A stretch of DNA of 64,000 nucleotides from an uncultured delta proteobacterium (GTDB lineage: Bacteria > Desulfobacterota > Desulfobacteria > Desulfobacterales > JAHEIW01), in the NCBI GenBank assembly GCA_963706575.1, contig CAVPNL010000015.1:32001-96000 (forward strand). The letters run 5' to 3'. Shown here in pieces: positions 1-9,650 of the stretch. A program made the position numbers and the translations under genes. The notes beneath the pieces were generated by a model. That model was not told where the DNA came from and ran no database searches. It saw only the letters and a list, made by a program, of their open reading frames with translations. How positions within the stretch are numbered: position 1 is the stretch's first letter; every line of letters begins with the position of its first letter.

Positions 1-530
1 TATTGGATCAGGGGCTATTAGCGGGCATGGATGTTGTCGGAAAGCGCTTTAAGGCCGAAGAAATGTTTATTCCCGAGGTATTGCGGTGTGCCAAGTGCAT
101 GCATGGTGCCATGGATATCTTGCGGCCGTTGCTGGCAGAGACCGGCGCGGAACCCATTGGCACGCTGATCATCGGCACGGTCAAGGGCGATCTGCATGAC
201 ATCGGCAAGAATCTGGTGGGCATGATGTTCGAAGGTGCCGGATTTGAAGTCGTGGACATCGGTATTGATAAAGAACCCCAGGTTTTCGTGGATGCAATCA
301 AAGAACACAACGCCAAGCTTATCGGGATGTCAGCCCTGTTAACCACCACCATGCCCAAGATGGGCGAAACCATCAATGCCATCAAAGAAGCAGGAATCCG
401 GGATCAGGTCAAAATATTGGTTGGCGGTGCTCCCATAACAGCGGCATTTGCCGAAGAAATTGGTGCAGATGGCTATGCTTCAAATGCAGCCAGCGCTGTT
501 GATAAGGGCAAAGAGTTAATGGGTCGCTAG
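1..530 (+). CDS. Cobalamin-binding corrinoid protein of a methyltransferase system (5' truncated by window edge)
   Basis: B12-binding motif GTVKGDLHDIGKNLV (DxHxxG), SALLTTTM and VGGAP...IGADGY; the frame is open to the window start. Confidence 0.95.
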   Translation, partial: LDQGLLAGMDVVGKRFKAEEMFIPEVLRCAKCMHGAMDILRPLLAETGAEPIGTLIIGTVKGDLHDIGKNLVGMMFEGAGFEVVDIGIDKEPQVFVDAIKEHNAKLIGMSALLTTTMPKMGETINAIKEAGIRDQVKILVGGAPITAAFAEEIGADGYASNAASAVDKGKELMGR

Positions 531-673
531 TTGGGTGCCGGTGATCGAGTCGCCTTAAGAGAAGTTCTGGTCGAAATTCTACCGGGAATAAGATGCCTGA
601 TGCAACGACGGCCAAGACAAAACAGATCACATGTATTATTAGACCCATGGTTTTCAGAAAGCCGAAGTTGACG

Positions 674-715
674 AGCCGGCCGGATCAAATCACTGAACCG
701 GTCGGCTTTTATTTT
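674..715 (+). terminator. Probable intrinsic terminator after the corrinoid gene
   Basis: Stem AGCCGGCCGG/CCGGTCGGCT followed by a T-rich tail. Confidence 0.55.
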
Positions 716-856
716 AGGTTGGTCCGCCGCAGGCGGATTGAGCCGGTCAGGCCCGTTAACAAGGGATACATGTCTTATTTTATTTGCCGGCAAACAGGAC
801 AAGGCGCTAACGGGTAGCGAGACAAGGTGCTCAACCGATGGAGGAGGGAGTCTGGC

Positions 857-2095
857 TTGAAAAAAAATGGCTGGTGGTCACCGGCCGGTTTGGTACTTTT
901 CCTGACGTGGCTTTTTTTCGGAATGTACTATATGAACCGGTTCAATTTTTCCCCCATGATTCCCCTTCTGAAAGCGGATCTAAACATTTCAAATGCCCAG
1001 GCCGGCTGGTTGATGGCGCTTTTTTTTATCACCTATACCATCTTTCAGCTGCCTTCAGGCTATTTAGCCGATCGTTTCGGCCCGCGAAAGATTATAACGA
1101 TCGGTGCGCTGATCTCAATCCTCGGCAATCTGATTTTCAGTCAGGGGTCGACCTTTTTGATGCTTTCCGTGGGGCAATGTATCAACGGTTTTGGTCAGGC
1201 CATGGGCTGGACGTCGGCCCTCAAACTGATTGTCAGCTGGTTTCCAAGATCGAGGCGCGCAACGGCGATCGGGTTATTCGCAACCTGTGTCACCGGCGGC
1301 AGCAGTGTCGGCATCCGGCTTTCCGGATATCTCGGTGATCATTTCGGATGGCAGAGCGCATTTATGGTTCCGCCGGCGATGATGGCGGCGGTACTGCTAT
1401 TTTTTTGGATATTCGTAACAGACCATCCCGGGGAAAAAGGGTTAGCCGCGTTTGAAGATGAGGCAGAACTTGAGAAAATGATCGATAATGACCCCAGGTC
1501 CCGGCTGATGGTGGTGTTAAGCAATCGCAAGCTCTGGACCATCGCAGTGGTCTATTTCTGTTTTGTCTATGTGCAGTTCGGCTGCCTGGTCTGGATTCCG
1601 GCCTTTTTACAGGAAAGCTACGCAATGACGGTCGACAGGGCCAGCACCATTGCCGCTCTGGTTTTGCTCCCGGGAGTCTTTGCTTCGCCCATCGCCGGCT
1701 TTTTATCAGACCATTATTTTGGGGGCCGGCGTAAACCGCTGCTTCTTTTGGGCATGGCGATTCTGGCAGCCTCGACATTTTTGCTGTCTTTCAGGGTCAA
1801 TATCATTCTGGCGGCAAGCTTGCTTGCTGTGGTCGGATTGATGATCATCATGCCCGACATCCTTCTGGCAGCCTTTCCTTCGGATATCCTTTCCCGCAAA
1901 TTGGCGGCCACGGGTATGGGCTTTTTGACAACATTCACGAGCACCGCCGGGATTATTACCACGCCGCTTTCCGGTAAGATCGTGGATGTGTTTCAATCTT
2001 ACGGGGCGGTTTTTCTCTCGTTTGCCATCGCCGCTCTGGCAGGAACAATTTTTACTTTATTTATTCGTGAAAAAAGAATTCACCCCAACACATAA
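857..2095 (+). CDS. MFS transporter (OPA/GlpT-like)
   Basis: About 12 hydrophobic segments, MFS motif A GYLADRFGPRK, YYMNRFNFS and WFPRSRRATA; TTG start at 857 follows a GGAGG RBS. Confidence 0.9.
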   Translation: MKKNGWWSPAGLVLFLTWLFFGMYYMNRFNFSPMIPLLKADLNISNAQAGWLMALFFITYTIFQLPSGYLADRFGPRKIITIGALISILGNLIFSQGSTFLMLSVGQCINGFGQAMGWTSALKLIVSWFPRSRRATAIGLFATCVTGGSSVGIRLSGYLGDHFGWQSAFMVPPAMMAAVLLFFWIFVTDHPGEKGLAAFEDEAELEKMIDNDPRSRLMVVLSNRKLWTIAVVYFCFVYVQFGCLVWIPAFLQESYAMTVDRASTIAALVLLPGVFASPIAGFLSDHYFGGRRKPLLLLGMAILAASTFLLSFRVNIILAASLLAVVGLMIIMPDILLAAFPSDILSRKLAATGMGFLTTFTSTAGIITTPLSGKIVDVFQSYGAVFLSFAIAALAGTIFTLFIREKRIHPNT

Positions 2096-2109
2096 AAGGA
2101 GGCACGGAT

Positions 2110-3546
2110 ATGCATCTCCAGCAACCTGAGTTATACTTTAAACCCAAACTGCAGGTGATCAATGATGATCAAATCAAACAAATTCACATGGCCACCCTGG
2201 AGGTCCTGGAGCGGACCGGTATCAAAATGACCCATCCGCGCGGGTTGGAACTGCTGGACGGCGCCGGGGCAAAGGTGGATGGCGACCGGGTGCGGATTCC
2301 CGCCTGGCTGGTTGAAGACGCCATCCGCAAGGCGCCCTCCCGCGTTGTGCTCGGCAAGCGCGACGGCGAACGCTCCGTCGTTCTGGAAGGCGATAAATCC
2401 TGGTTCGGTCCCAGCCTGGATTGCCTGGACTATCTGGACCCGCTGACCGATGAGCGCATGCGATTTACCAGCGAGCATTGCCGCATCACCGCCTCCCTGG
2501 CCGACGCCCTGCCGAATTTTCACTGGTCCATGACCATCGGCATGGCCGCCGACAAGCCCGCCGAAATCGCCGACAAGGTCATTGCCCGCCAGGCGCTGAC
2601 CTATTGTGAAAAACCGTTGGTGTTCTGCTGCAATGACGCCGAAAGCGAGCGCGCCATTTATGAAATGGCCCTGCTGATTTGCGGGGGTAAAGAAAATTTC
2701 GCCAAAGCGCCAACCATCGTGCAATACTCCGAGCCCATTTCACCCCTGGAATATTATGACCCTGCGGTTGAAAAGATGCTTTTCACCGTAGAGCATGGCA
2801 TCCCGCTGATCAATTTCCCGGCGCCCCAGGCCTGCGGTTCCGCCCCGGCCACTTTTGCCGGAACGGTGGTTCAGGGCGGCGCCGAATCCCTGAGCGGGCT
2901 CGTCCTGGCGCAAACCGCCCGGCCCGGTGCCCCCTTTATTTACGGCGCCTTTGCAACCATCATGGATATGCAAACGACGATTTTTTCCTACGGCGCCCCG
3001 GAATTGAGCCTGATGGTCGGCGCGCTGGCACAAATGGCCCAGTATTATGAGCTGCCCTTCTTTGGCACCGCCGGCTGCTCGGATGCCAAGTTCTGTGATG
3101 CCCAGGCAGCCACCGAAGCCGCATTGCAGATATTCAGCTCCGCGGCCATCGGGTCCAGTCTGGTACATGACTGCAGCAGCTGGTTGGACCATGGCTCATT
3201 GGTATCTCCGGCCTTTATGGTGCTGGTCAACGAAATATTGCACAATGTCAATCAGTTCATGAAAGGCCTGCCGGTTACCGAGGAAACCCTCGCCCTTGAT
3301 GTGATTGATCGGGTGGGCCCGGGTGGCCACTATCTGCAGGACGACCATACCTTAAACCATTTCAAAGACGTGCGGTACTCGAAGCTATTTGAGCGCATGG
3401 TATATGATCAATGGAAAGAGGCGGGCGCGAAACGCTTTGAGGATCGGCTGCGCGAATTGACCCGCGAAGCCATGGAACACCAGCCGGCACCGTTGGCGCC
3501 GGAAGTGATCAAAGAGCTGGATCAGATGCAGAAAAGCTGGAAGTAA
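2110..3546 (+). CDS. mttB: MttB-superfamily methyltransferase, non-pyrrolysine (Cys at the Pyl position)
   Basis: IHMATLEVLERTG, SAPATFAG, LPFFGTAGCSDAK, VGPGGHYL. Confidence 0.93.
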   Translation: MHLQQPELYFKPKLQVINDDQIKQIHMATLEVLERTGIKMTHPRGLELLDGAGAKVDGDRVRIPAWLVEDAIRKAPSRVVLGKRDGERSVVLEGDKSWFGPSLDCLDYLDPLTDERMRFTSEHCRITASLADALPNFHWSMTIGMAADKPAEIADKVIARQALTYCEKPLVFCCNDAESERAIYEMALLICGGKENFAKAPTIVQYSEPISPLEYYDPAVEKMLFTVEHGIPLINFPAPQACGSAPATFAGTVVQGGAESLSGLVLAQTARPGAPFIYGAFATIMDMQTTIFSYGAPELSLMVGALAQMAQYYELPFFGTAGCSDAKFCDAQAATEAALQIFSSAAIGSSLVHDCSSWLDHGSLVSPAFMVLVNEILHNVNQFMKGLPVTEETLALDVIDRVGPGGHYLQDDHTLNHFKDVRYSKLFERMVYDQWKEAGAKRFEDRLRELTREAMEHQPAPLAPEVIKELDQMQKSWK

Positions 3547-3584
3547 ATACCTCAGAGATTGGGGAGTTTTTGTATTTCTGAACT

Positions 3585-3800
3585 GTCATTCCCGCGAATG
3601 CGGATGTGTCGTAATTTAAAAAAGCGTATAATTTGTACCTGTCATGCCGGACTTGATCCGGCATCCAGTAATGTAGTATTTTGGAAAAGCAATGGATTCC
3701 GGGTCAAGCCCGGAATGACAAAACACCAATATACGTGGTTTTCCTAATTGCGACACCACCTTGATGTTTGTCCCTGCGAAGGCAGGGGCATGCATCAAGG
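3585..3800. repeat. Cluster of nested palindromic (REP/dRS3-like) repeats between convergent genes
   Basis: GTCATTCCCGCGAATGCGG; paired arms TGTCATGCCGGACTTGATCCGGCATCCA / TGGATTCCGGGTCAAGCCCGGAATGACA inside outer arms GTGTCGTAATT / AATTGCGACAC; further hairpin at about 3760-3799. Confidence 0.75.
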
Positions 3801-3846
3801 TAAAACTCCCCTCCCCCTCAGTTAAATCTAATCTATCATCGATAAG

Positions 3847-6291
3847 CTACATCCGCACGCGTTCGCTTTTGGGATCATAGGGCGGTTCCAGATGAATTTT
3901 AATGGGAAACAGTTTGCCTTCAATATTGATTTCATACTTGCCGGACGTTATCCATTCATCCGTTATTCCCGCGGGATTCTTTAGGTAACACATTCCAATC
4001 GCAGCGTTAAGCACGTGCGAATAAGAACCATGGGTATTTTCACTGGCCAGCTCCCCGTCGCGGTAAATCGGCTCATCATGGTAAATCAGCGGTTCAGCAT
4101 CTTCCAGGGTAAATATGACCAACTTGCGTTCCGGTTGAGTTTTCAGTTTCGCTGCCAGGGCTTCACGGCCAATAAAATCTTCCTTATCCATTTTTACGCA
4201 AAATCCCAGACCGGCCTCAAACGGGGTGTCGTCCGGCGTAATATCAGCGCCCCAATGCTTATACCCCTTCTCCAGGCGCAGCGAGTCGAGCGCATGCAAT
4301 CCAACCAGTTTTAGGTTAAATTCCTCACCGGCTTCCACCAGGGCATCAAATACATTCAACGAAAACTCCGTCGGAATGTAAAGCTCCCATCCCAGCTCAC
4401 CGACAAATGACATTCTAACCGCCAGCGGTCGGGCGTCGGCCACATCGATTTCCTGGGCGCTGGCAAAAGGAAAGGCCTCATTTGAAAGATCCGCATCCGT
4501 CAGGTTCGCAAGAAGGTCTCTGGATCGCGGGCCCATGACCGCCAGCATGGTGTAGGCTGAGGTCACATCGGTTAAAATCGCATGGGCATCATCCTTGAGG
4601 TGACGTTGAATCCAGTCGAAATCCCGCGGTCCGGTAGCCCCCGGGGTGACAATAAAGTATTTGTCCTGAGCCAGGCGGGTTACCGTAAGGTCGGATTCGA
4701 TACCGCCCCTTTCATTTAACATCTGGGTATAAACGACTTTACCGACCGGCACATCCACATCATTGGCACACAGGGCCTGCAGCACCTGCATGGCATCGCG
4801 GCCCTGAAGCAGAAAATTGGCCATGGAAGACAGATCGTAAACCCCGACATTTTCGCGGATTGCCATGTGCTCTGCGGCCGAATATTCAAACCAATTCTGT
4901 CGTCCCCAGGCGTATTCATATTCGGCTTTCACGCCCTCGGGTGCAAACCAGTTGGCGCGCTCCCAGCCGGCCACAACCCCGAAACAAGCGCCGCGCGCTG
5001 CCAGGCGGTCATGAAAAGGCGTACAGCGAACGTTGCGGGAGGTTTTGGGCTGTTTGAAAGGCCAATGGTCGGCATATAGATTGCCAACCGCCTCGGTGGT
5101 GCGATTATACAGATAACGGTGATTGGCCTGCCAGGGATAAAACCGCCGAATATCAACCGACGACAAATCCTCCTCCGGATACCCCTGAACGATCCACTGC
5201 GCCAGGGCGCGTCCGGCGCCACCGGCGCTGGTGATTCCCACCGAATTCATTCCAGCGGCAACGAAAAAGTTCTTCACCCCGGGGGCCTCCCCGAGCATGT
5301 AAGCGGTATCCGGCGTAAAGCTTTCAGGTACGGTCGTTAAGCTGTTGATTTCGGCATCCTCAAAAGCGGGCACGCGCTTGATGGCGTTGTTCATGAAAAT
5401 CTCGCATTGATCCCAGTCCTCCTGCAGCTGGGTGTATGCAAATTCCTCCGGAATCCCCTCCATACCCCAGGGTTTTGCCACGGGTTCGAATCCGCCCATG
5501 AGCAAACCGCCCATCTCTTCCTTGATATAGATATAACCGTCCATATCCCGCAAATAGGGCATGCCTTTATAGGTTCCCTCGATCGGATTGGTGGCTAGGT
5601 GCATGTGCTCGGCTGCATGCAGTGGAATACTGACATCGACCATTTTCCCGACTTCCCGGGCCCACATGCCGGCGCAATTTACCAGATATTCACAGGTAAT
5701 TTCGCCCTGATCGGTGCTGACGCCGGCAATGGCACCTTTTTTAAGTTGGATATCGGTAACCTTGACCCCTTCAATCAGGCTGGCCCCTCCCGTGCGGGCG
5801 CCTTTGGCCAAAGCCTGGGTGGTATCCTCCGGGTTCGTGAAACCGTCATTTGGTTGATACCAGGCCGCCACAAGATCGTCGGTGTGCAGGAGCGGAAACA
5901 GCTTCTTGGCATCGTCAAGGCTGATTTCTTCCATCTCAATTCCGAATGCGTGTGCCATGGCCATCGAGCGACTGAATTCACTCTTGCGCGCTTTTGTCTG
6001 CGCGACGCGGATTGATCCGGGGCGCTGGTAGCCGGTGGGCTGCCCCGTTTCTTCTTCCAGGCGTGAATACAGATCCGCGCCGTAAACGGCCAGTTTGGTC
6101 AGGGCGCTGGTCGACCACAGTTGCCCCAACAGACCGGCAGCCGCCCAGGAAGTTCCGGATGCGATCGTTTTGCGCTCGAGCAGCGCCACATCTTTCCAGC
6201 CAAGTTTACAGAGATGGTAGGCAACACTGCAGCCGACAATTCCGCCGCCGATGATAACGACCTGGGCCTGGGTGGGTATTTTTCCGGGCAT
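3847..6291 (-). CDS. GcvT-family FAD oxidoreductase (dimethylglycine/sarcosine dehydrogenase-like)
   Basis: N-terminal IIGGGIVG FAD motif, ESFTPD, GWERANWF, and a C-terminal GcvT/folate domain (GELGWELY, SLRLEKGY, DPKSERVR). Confidence 0.93.
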   Translation of the reverse strand: MPGKIPTQAQVVIIGGGIVGCSVAYHLCKLGWKDVALLERKTIASGTSWAAAGLLGQLWSTSALTKLAVYGADLYSRLEEETGQPTGYQRPGSIRVAQTKARKSEFSRSMAMAHAFGIEMEEISLDDAKKLFPLLHTDDLVAAWYQPNDGFTNPEDTTQALAKGARTGGASLIEGVKVTDIQLKKGAIAGVSTDQGEITCEYLVNCAGMWAREVGKMVDVSIPLHAAEHMHLATNPIEGTYKGMPYLRDMDGYIYIKEEMGGLLMGGFEPVAKPWGMEGIPEEFAYTQLQEDWDQCEIFMNNAIKRVPAFEDAEINSLTTVPESFTPDTAYMLGEAPGVKNFFVAAGMNSVGITSAGGAGRALAQWIVQGYPEEDLSSVDIRRFYPWQANHRYLYNRTTEAVGNLYADHWPFKQPKTSRNVRCTPFHDRLAARGACFGVVAGWERANWFAPEGVKAEYEYAWGRQNWFEYSAAEHMAIRENVGVYDLSSMANFLLQGRDAMQVLQALCANDVDVPVGKVVYTQMLNERGGIESDLTVTRLAQDKYFIVTPGATGPRDFDWIQRHLKDDAHAILTDVTSAYTMLAVMGPRSRDLLANLTDADLSNEAFPFASAQEIDVADARPLAVRMSFVGELGWELYIPTEFSLNVFDALVEAGEEFNLKLVGLHALDSLRLEKGYKHWGADITPDDTPFEAGLGFCVKMDKEDFIGREALAAKLKTQPERKLVIFTLEDAEPLIYHDEPIYRDGELASENTHGSYSHVLNAAIGMCYLKNPAGITDEWITSGKYEINIEGKLFPIKIHLEPPYDPKSERVRM

Positions 6292-6324
6292 TACAACCTC
6301 CTTTTTGTTCTTTTATCTTGTATG

Positions 6325-6475
6325 GTGTCCCACAAGAAATTTACAAATACGGTTTTAGGTGTCAGCAAGTAGGGCGGGCCTCTGCGCCCGCCGGTCAGAG
6401 GTCGGCACAGAGGCCGACCCTACTTTCATTTTTACCATCTGTCTTCTGAAACCTGAACACTGACACCTGAAACCA
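6325..6475 (+). repeat. About 150 bp dispersed repeat (family B) with an internal GTAG-type REP doublet, copy 1
   Basis: Near-identical reverse complement at 16458-16609; internal GTAGGGCGGGCCTCTGCGCCCGCC...GGTCGGCACAGAGGCCGACCCTAC. Confidence 0.9.
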
Positions 6476-6533
6476 TAGACGGGGTTATGCATAGCATCCC
6501 ATCTTCATCTTGCCAATATCTAATAGTGTTTCG

Positions 6534-6641
6534 TCAGGTTTTCCCTTTCGGAAGGTCTTTCTGCATATGCATTTCGCGCAACTCCTGTTTGAGGATCTTG
6601 CCGGTTTTGGTCATGGGCATCTGCCCGATGAATTCAACCTC
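6534..6641 (-). pseudogene. C-terminal remnant of an acyl-CoA synthetase
   Basis: Translates to EVEFIGQMPMTKTGKILKQELREMHMQKDLPKGKT*, which contains the A10 motif P-x-T-x-T-G-K and parallels EIEFLEEMPMTDTGKIMKNEL in the synthetase at 47554-49219; no start codon or upstream gene body. Confidence 0.8.
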
Positions 6642-6649
6642 TCACGCAG

Positions 6650-6725
6650 AGCCTGCCCCCGTGTAGATGGGGGCGGGAGTCCAGTTCAAGGACGCCTGGA
6701 TTCCCGCCTGCGCGGGAATGACAGA
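6650..6725. repeat. dRS3/REP-like hairpin, partial core of family C
   Basis: GGCGGGAGTCCAGTTCAAGGACGCCTGGATTCCCGCCTGCGCGGGAATGAC matches the core of 47332-47497. Confidence 0.8.
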
Positions 6726-6742
6726 TCGGCAGTTGTTCGATT

Positions 6743-7537
6743 TCATTTTTGTGAGCGCGATTTCTTTTTCATTTCCGTCAGTTTTTGGGTTACAAACCTT
6801 TCTTGATTCCCCGCTTTGATACAGGCCAGCAAATGCTCGGCCTCGAGCGCCAGAATCTGCTCAAAACTGGAGTGGAGTCCTTCATCCAGCGCCATGCGGG
6901 AAAGCTTAAGGGATAAGGGTGAGTTGCGGCCAATGCGTTCACACATATTCAGAGCCGCATCCAGAAGTTGGGTGTCAGCGACAACCTGGTTGACCAGTCC
7001 AATCTGCAGCGCCTGTTGCGCATCGATAATCTCACCCGTAAACACCAATTCCTTTGCTTTTCCCAATCCCACCAGTTGTGAAATTAGCTTGGTGCCTGCG
7101 CTGGTAATGGTCAATCCCACACCGGTTTCAGGAAAGCCAAATTTGGCATCCTGGGCGGCGATTCGAATGTCACAGCTCAAGGCAAACTCCAGCCCGCCGC
7201 CGACTGCATATCCCTTTATGGCCGCAATCAGCGGCTTGCCCAATTTCAGGATGATCCGCTGGGTTTCCTGTAAGGCATCGATCTCTTTTTCCCACTGGGA
7301 GAGGCTTTTGCCTGTCTGTGTCTCTTTGAGGTCTTCGCCGGCGCAAAAGGATTTGCCGGCTCCGGTCAGGATAACCGCGACAACGTCTTCATCCTCGCGG
7401 ACAACATTCAGCTGGCTGATCAAATCATTTAACAAACCCGGGTTGATGGCGTTCAGCCGCTCAGGCCGGTTTAGTGTAATGATCCCAACGTTCTTTTCTC
7501 GGCGGTATCGTACGGCTTCTTTTTTCACAGATAGCAC
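6743..7537 (-). CDS. Enoyl-CoA hydratase/isomerase family protein
   Basis: ITLNRPERLNAI, FCAGEDL, GGGLEFAL, FPETGVG. Confidence 0.93.
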   Translation of the reverse strand: MLSVKKEAVRYRREKNVGIITLNRPERLNAINPGLLNDLISQLNVVREDEDVVAVILTGAGKSFCAGEDLKETQTGKSLSQWEKEIDALQETQRIILKLGKPLIAAIKGYAVGGGLEFALSCDIRIAAQDAKFGFPETGVGLTITSAGTKLISQLVGLGKAKELVFTGEIIDAQQALQIGLVNQVVADTQLLDAALNMCERIGRNSPLSLKLSRMALDEGLHSSFEQILALEAEHLLACIKAGNQERFVTQKLTEMKKKSRSQK

Positions 7538-7644
7538 TCCTTTGGATTAAAATTTAGCGCCCATCTTTTATGCCAAAATGAGCCGAAATGGCAAATGATA
7601 CTATCTCAGACAGGTACGGGCTGTCCTCTTATGCAATGGTCATC

Positions 7645-8634
7645 TCACGCATTCCAAACGTCTTTGAAAAGGCGAATCATATTTTCACCTATAATCTTCC
7701 TGGTTTCTGATTCGGTGTAACCCCTTGTCAACAGCGCATCGGTCAGGTTGGGAAAGTCAGCTGAATTCTGAATGCCCTGCGGGTTTTGGATGGGAAAGTC
7801 CAACGCCATGGCCGGACCCCTTTTTGATTTGCCGGACAGGAGCCAGTCAAAGAATTCCCTACTTTGGCCTTCGGTAAAGTCGGTTCCGATGGCAACGTGG
7901 TCGATACCCACCATTTCAACCAGGTATTCAATGACATCGATGAAATCCTCAATTGTGGAATCTTTTCCTGCCGGAAGAAACGGGGGGAATACCGTTGCCC
8001 CGATGACGCCGCCTTTTTTAGCAAGGGCTTTTATGGCATCATCCGGTTTATTGCGCGCGTGGCTGCACAGGCTATGGGGATTGGCATGCGTAAAGGCGAC
8101 GGGTTTGGCGGAAGCTTCGATGGCATCCATGGTGGTTCGATACCCCACATGGGACAGATCGATAAGAATTCCCAGGCGATTCATCTCATCAATCACTTCC
8201 AGCCCGAACTGCGTTAACCCGGCGTCGATTCTTTCGAGGCATCCCTGGCCGACGAGATTGGCCTCCATGTAAGTTAATTGGATCACCCTGACACCCAAGG
8301 CATGAAAAATGGTTAGCAGACCGATGTCTTCTTCAATTGCGGTTGTATTTTGAAATCCGAAGATGATACCTGTTTTACCGGTTTTTTTGGCCGTCTGGAT
8401 ATCGGCGGTGCTGCGCACCGGCATAATGAGATCGGAATATTCATTAAATAATTGATCCCATTCGATGATATTGCCAATGGTCCGGCGGAAGTTTTCTAAA
8501 ACCGATACCGTGCAGTTAACGGCGGTCAGCCCTCCATGACGCATGTTTCGAAAAACTGTTTCACCCCAGTTGCTGATTTGCAGCCCATCGACAATAATGG
8601 CCCCATCGTGAACCGCTCGACTCCTGTCCTGCAT
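7645..8634 (-). CDS. Membrane dipeptidase (M19) family amidohydrolase
   Basis: GVRVIQLTY, IDLSHVG, FTHANP, RNKPD, HVAIGTDF. Confidence 0.9.
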   Translation of the reverse strand: MQDRSRAVHDGAIIVDGLQISNWGETVFRNMRHGGLTAVNCTVSVLENFRRTIGNIIEWDQLFNEYSDLIMPVRSTADIQTAKKTGKTGIIFGFQNTTAIEEDIGLLTIFHALGVRVIQLTYMEANLVGQGCLERIDAGLTQFGLEVIDEMNRLGILIDLSHVGYRTTMDAIEASAKPVAFTHANPHSLCSHARNKPDDAIKALAKKGGVIGATVFPPFLPAGKDSTIEDFIDVIEYLVEMVGIDHVAIGTDFTEGQSREFFDWLLSGKSKRGPAMALDFPIQNPQGIQNSADFPNLTDALLTRGYTESETRKIIGENMIRLFKDVWNA

Positions 8635-8804
8635 GGCAATTAACTCCTTTCCCTTGACACATACGCATCGATGGCTCTAATACCTGTTGATAGTAATTTT
8701 TAAAATATGATCAACAGTTATGCAACGCTTTTTAGAACCCATCTCAAAAATGTATCTAACGTCCGATGTTAAAGTTCTAAACCAATAAAGAGTGCTTATA
8801 ACAA

Positions 8805-8918
8805 CAAATGAGCTAAAATTAAAAATGATCTAAAATGCCTAAAATTAAAGATGGAGCGCAGCGACACCTTAACTTTAGGCATTTTAGCTCATTTTAGGCA
8901 TTTTAGGCACTTCTAACT
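8805..8918 (+). repeat. Short-unit inverted repeat array (family E), copy 1
   Basis: Arms built from ATGCCTAAA-like and TTTAGGCAT-like units; the 43 bp left arm is identical to 36797-36839. Confidence 0.9.
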
Positions 8919-8938
8919 ATGGAAGGAGAATCCTTTAA

Positions 8939-9538
8939 ATGAGAGATATCCGAATCGCCGGCATCGTTGGCAGCCCGCGGCTGAAGAAAAACACGGATGC
9001 CCTCGTTCAGCAGGCACTGGACGGCTGCAGAAGCAAAGGGGCTTTGGTTGAAACGATATATCTCAATAAATTAGAGATCAAACCCTGCCAGGCCCACAAA
9101 ATCCAGGATGGAAAGGGCTGTATCATGCGGGATGGAATGGATGCCGTCTATGAGATATTCGAGGCGGCCGATGGTTTGGTCCTGGGGACACCTGTTTTTT
9201 ACAATTCGGTGTCGAGCCAGATGAAATTGATGATCGATCGATCCTATTGTCTGGCCAAAGCGGTGCCCCTGGGACCGGGCAAACGAAAATATGTGACCAC
9301 GGTTGAAAAACGCAAAAAAGGGATCGTCATCTCTGTTGGCGGAAGCGGAACCAATCCGGACTGCGTTCTCCCGATATTTGATATCTGGTCAAATGAAGTC
9401 AACCTCGAAATTATCGATACCCTGTGTGTCAGTGAAGGTCAGCTCGGCAAACTGCCCATGGAAAGCGAGAAAACCTTAGAAGCGGCATTTAAAAAAGGTC
9501 GAAACCTGGCACGGTGTTTGATGGAGAATTTCTATTGA
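8939..9538 (+). CDS. Flavodoxin-like / NADPH-dependent FMN reductase family (iron-sulfur flavoprotein-like)
   Basis: GSPRLKKNT, GLVLGTPVFYNSVSSQMKLMIDR. Confidence 0.85.
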   Translation: MRDIRIAGIVGSPRLKKNTDALVQQALDGCRSKGALVETIYLNKLEIKPCQAHKIQDGKGCIMRDGMDAVYEIFEAADGLVLGTPVFYNSVSSQMKLMIDRSYCLAKAVPLGPGKRKYVTTVEKRKKGIVISVGGSGTNPDCVLPIFDIWSNEVNLEIIDTLCVSEGQLGKLPMESEKTLEAAFKKGRNLARCLMENFY

Positions 9539-9650
9539 TTTGCAGATCTATTTTTTTTAGGTTAAATGTATCAGCGGGCCACAACATAAAGGACCAAAGG
9601 GCATCTGCTTGGATACCAAAATGGAATGAAATTCAGAAAGGAATCATACG

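Noticed and set aside
527..817. Small ORFs between the corrinoid and MFS genes
   Set aside because: They overlap a terminator-like hairpin, lack a clear RBS and have no recognisable motifs.
8805..8918. Possible CRISPR array or iterons in the short repeated units
   Set aside because: Units are 9-10 bp with no unique spacers, the arms are mutually inverted, and there is no cas or rep gene.
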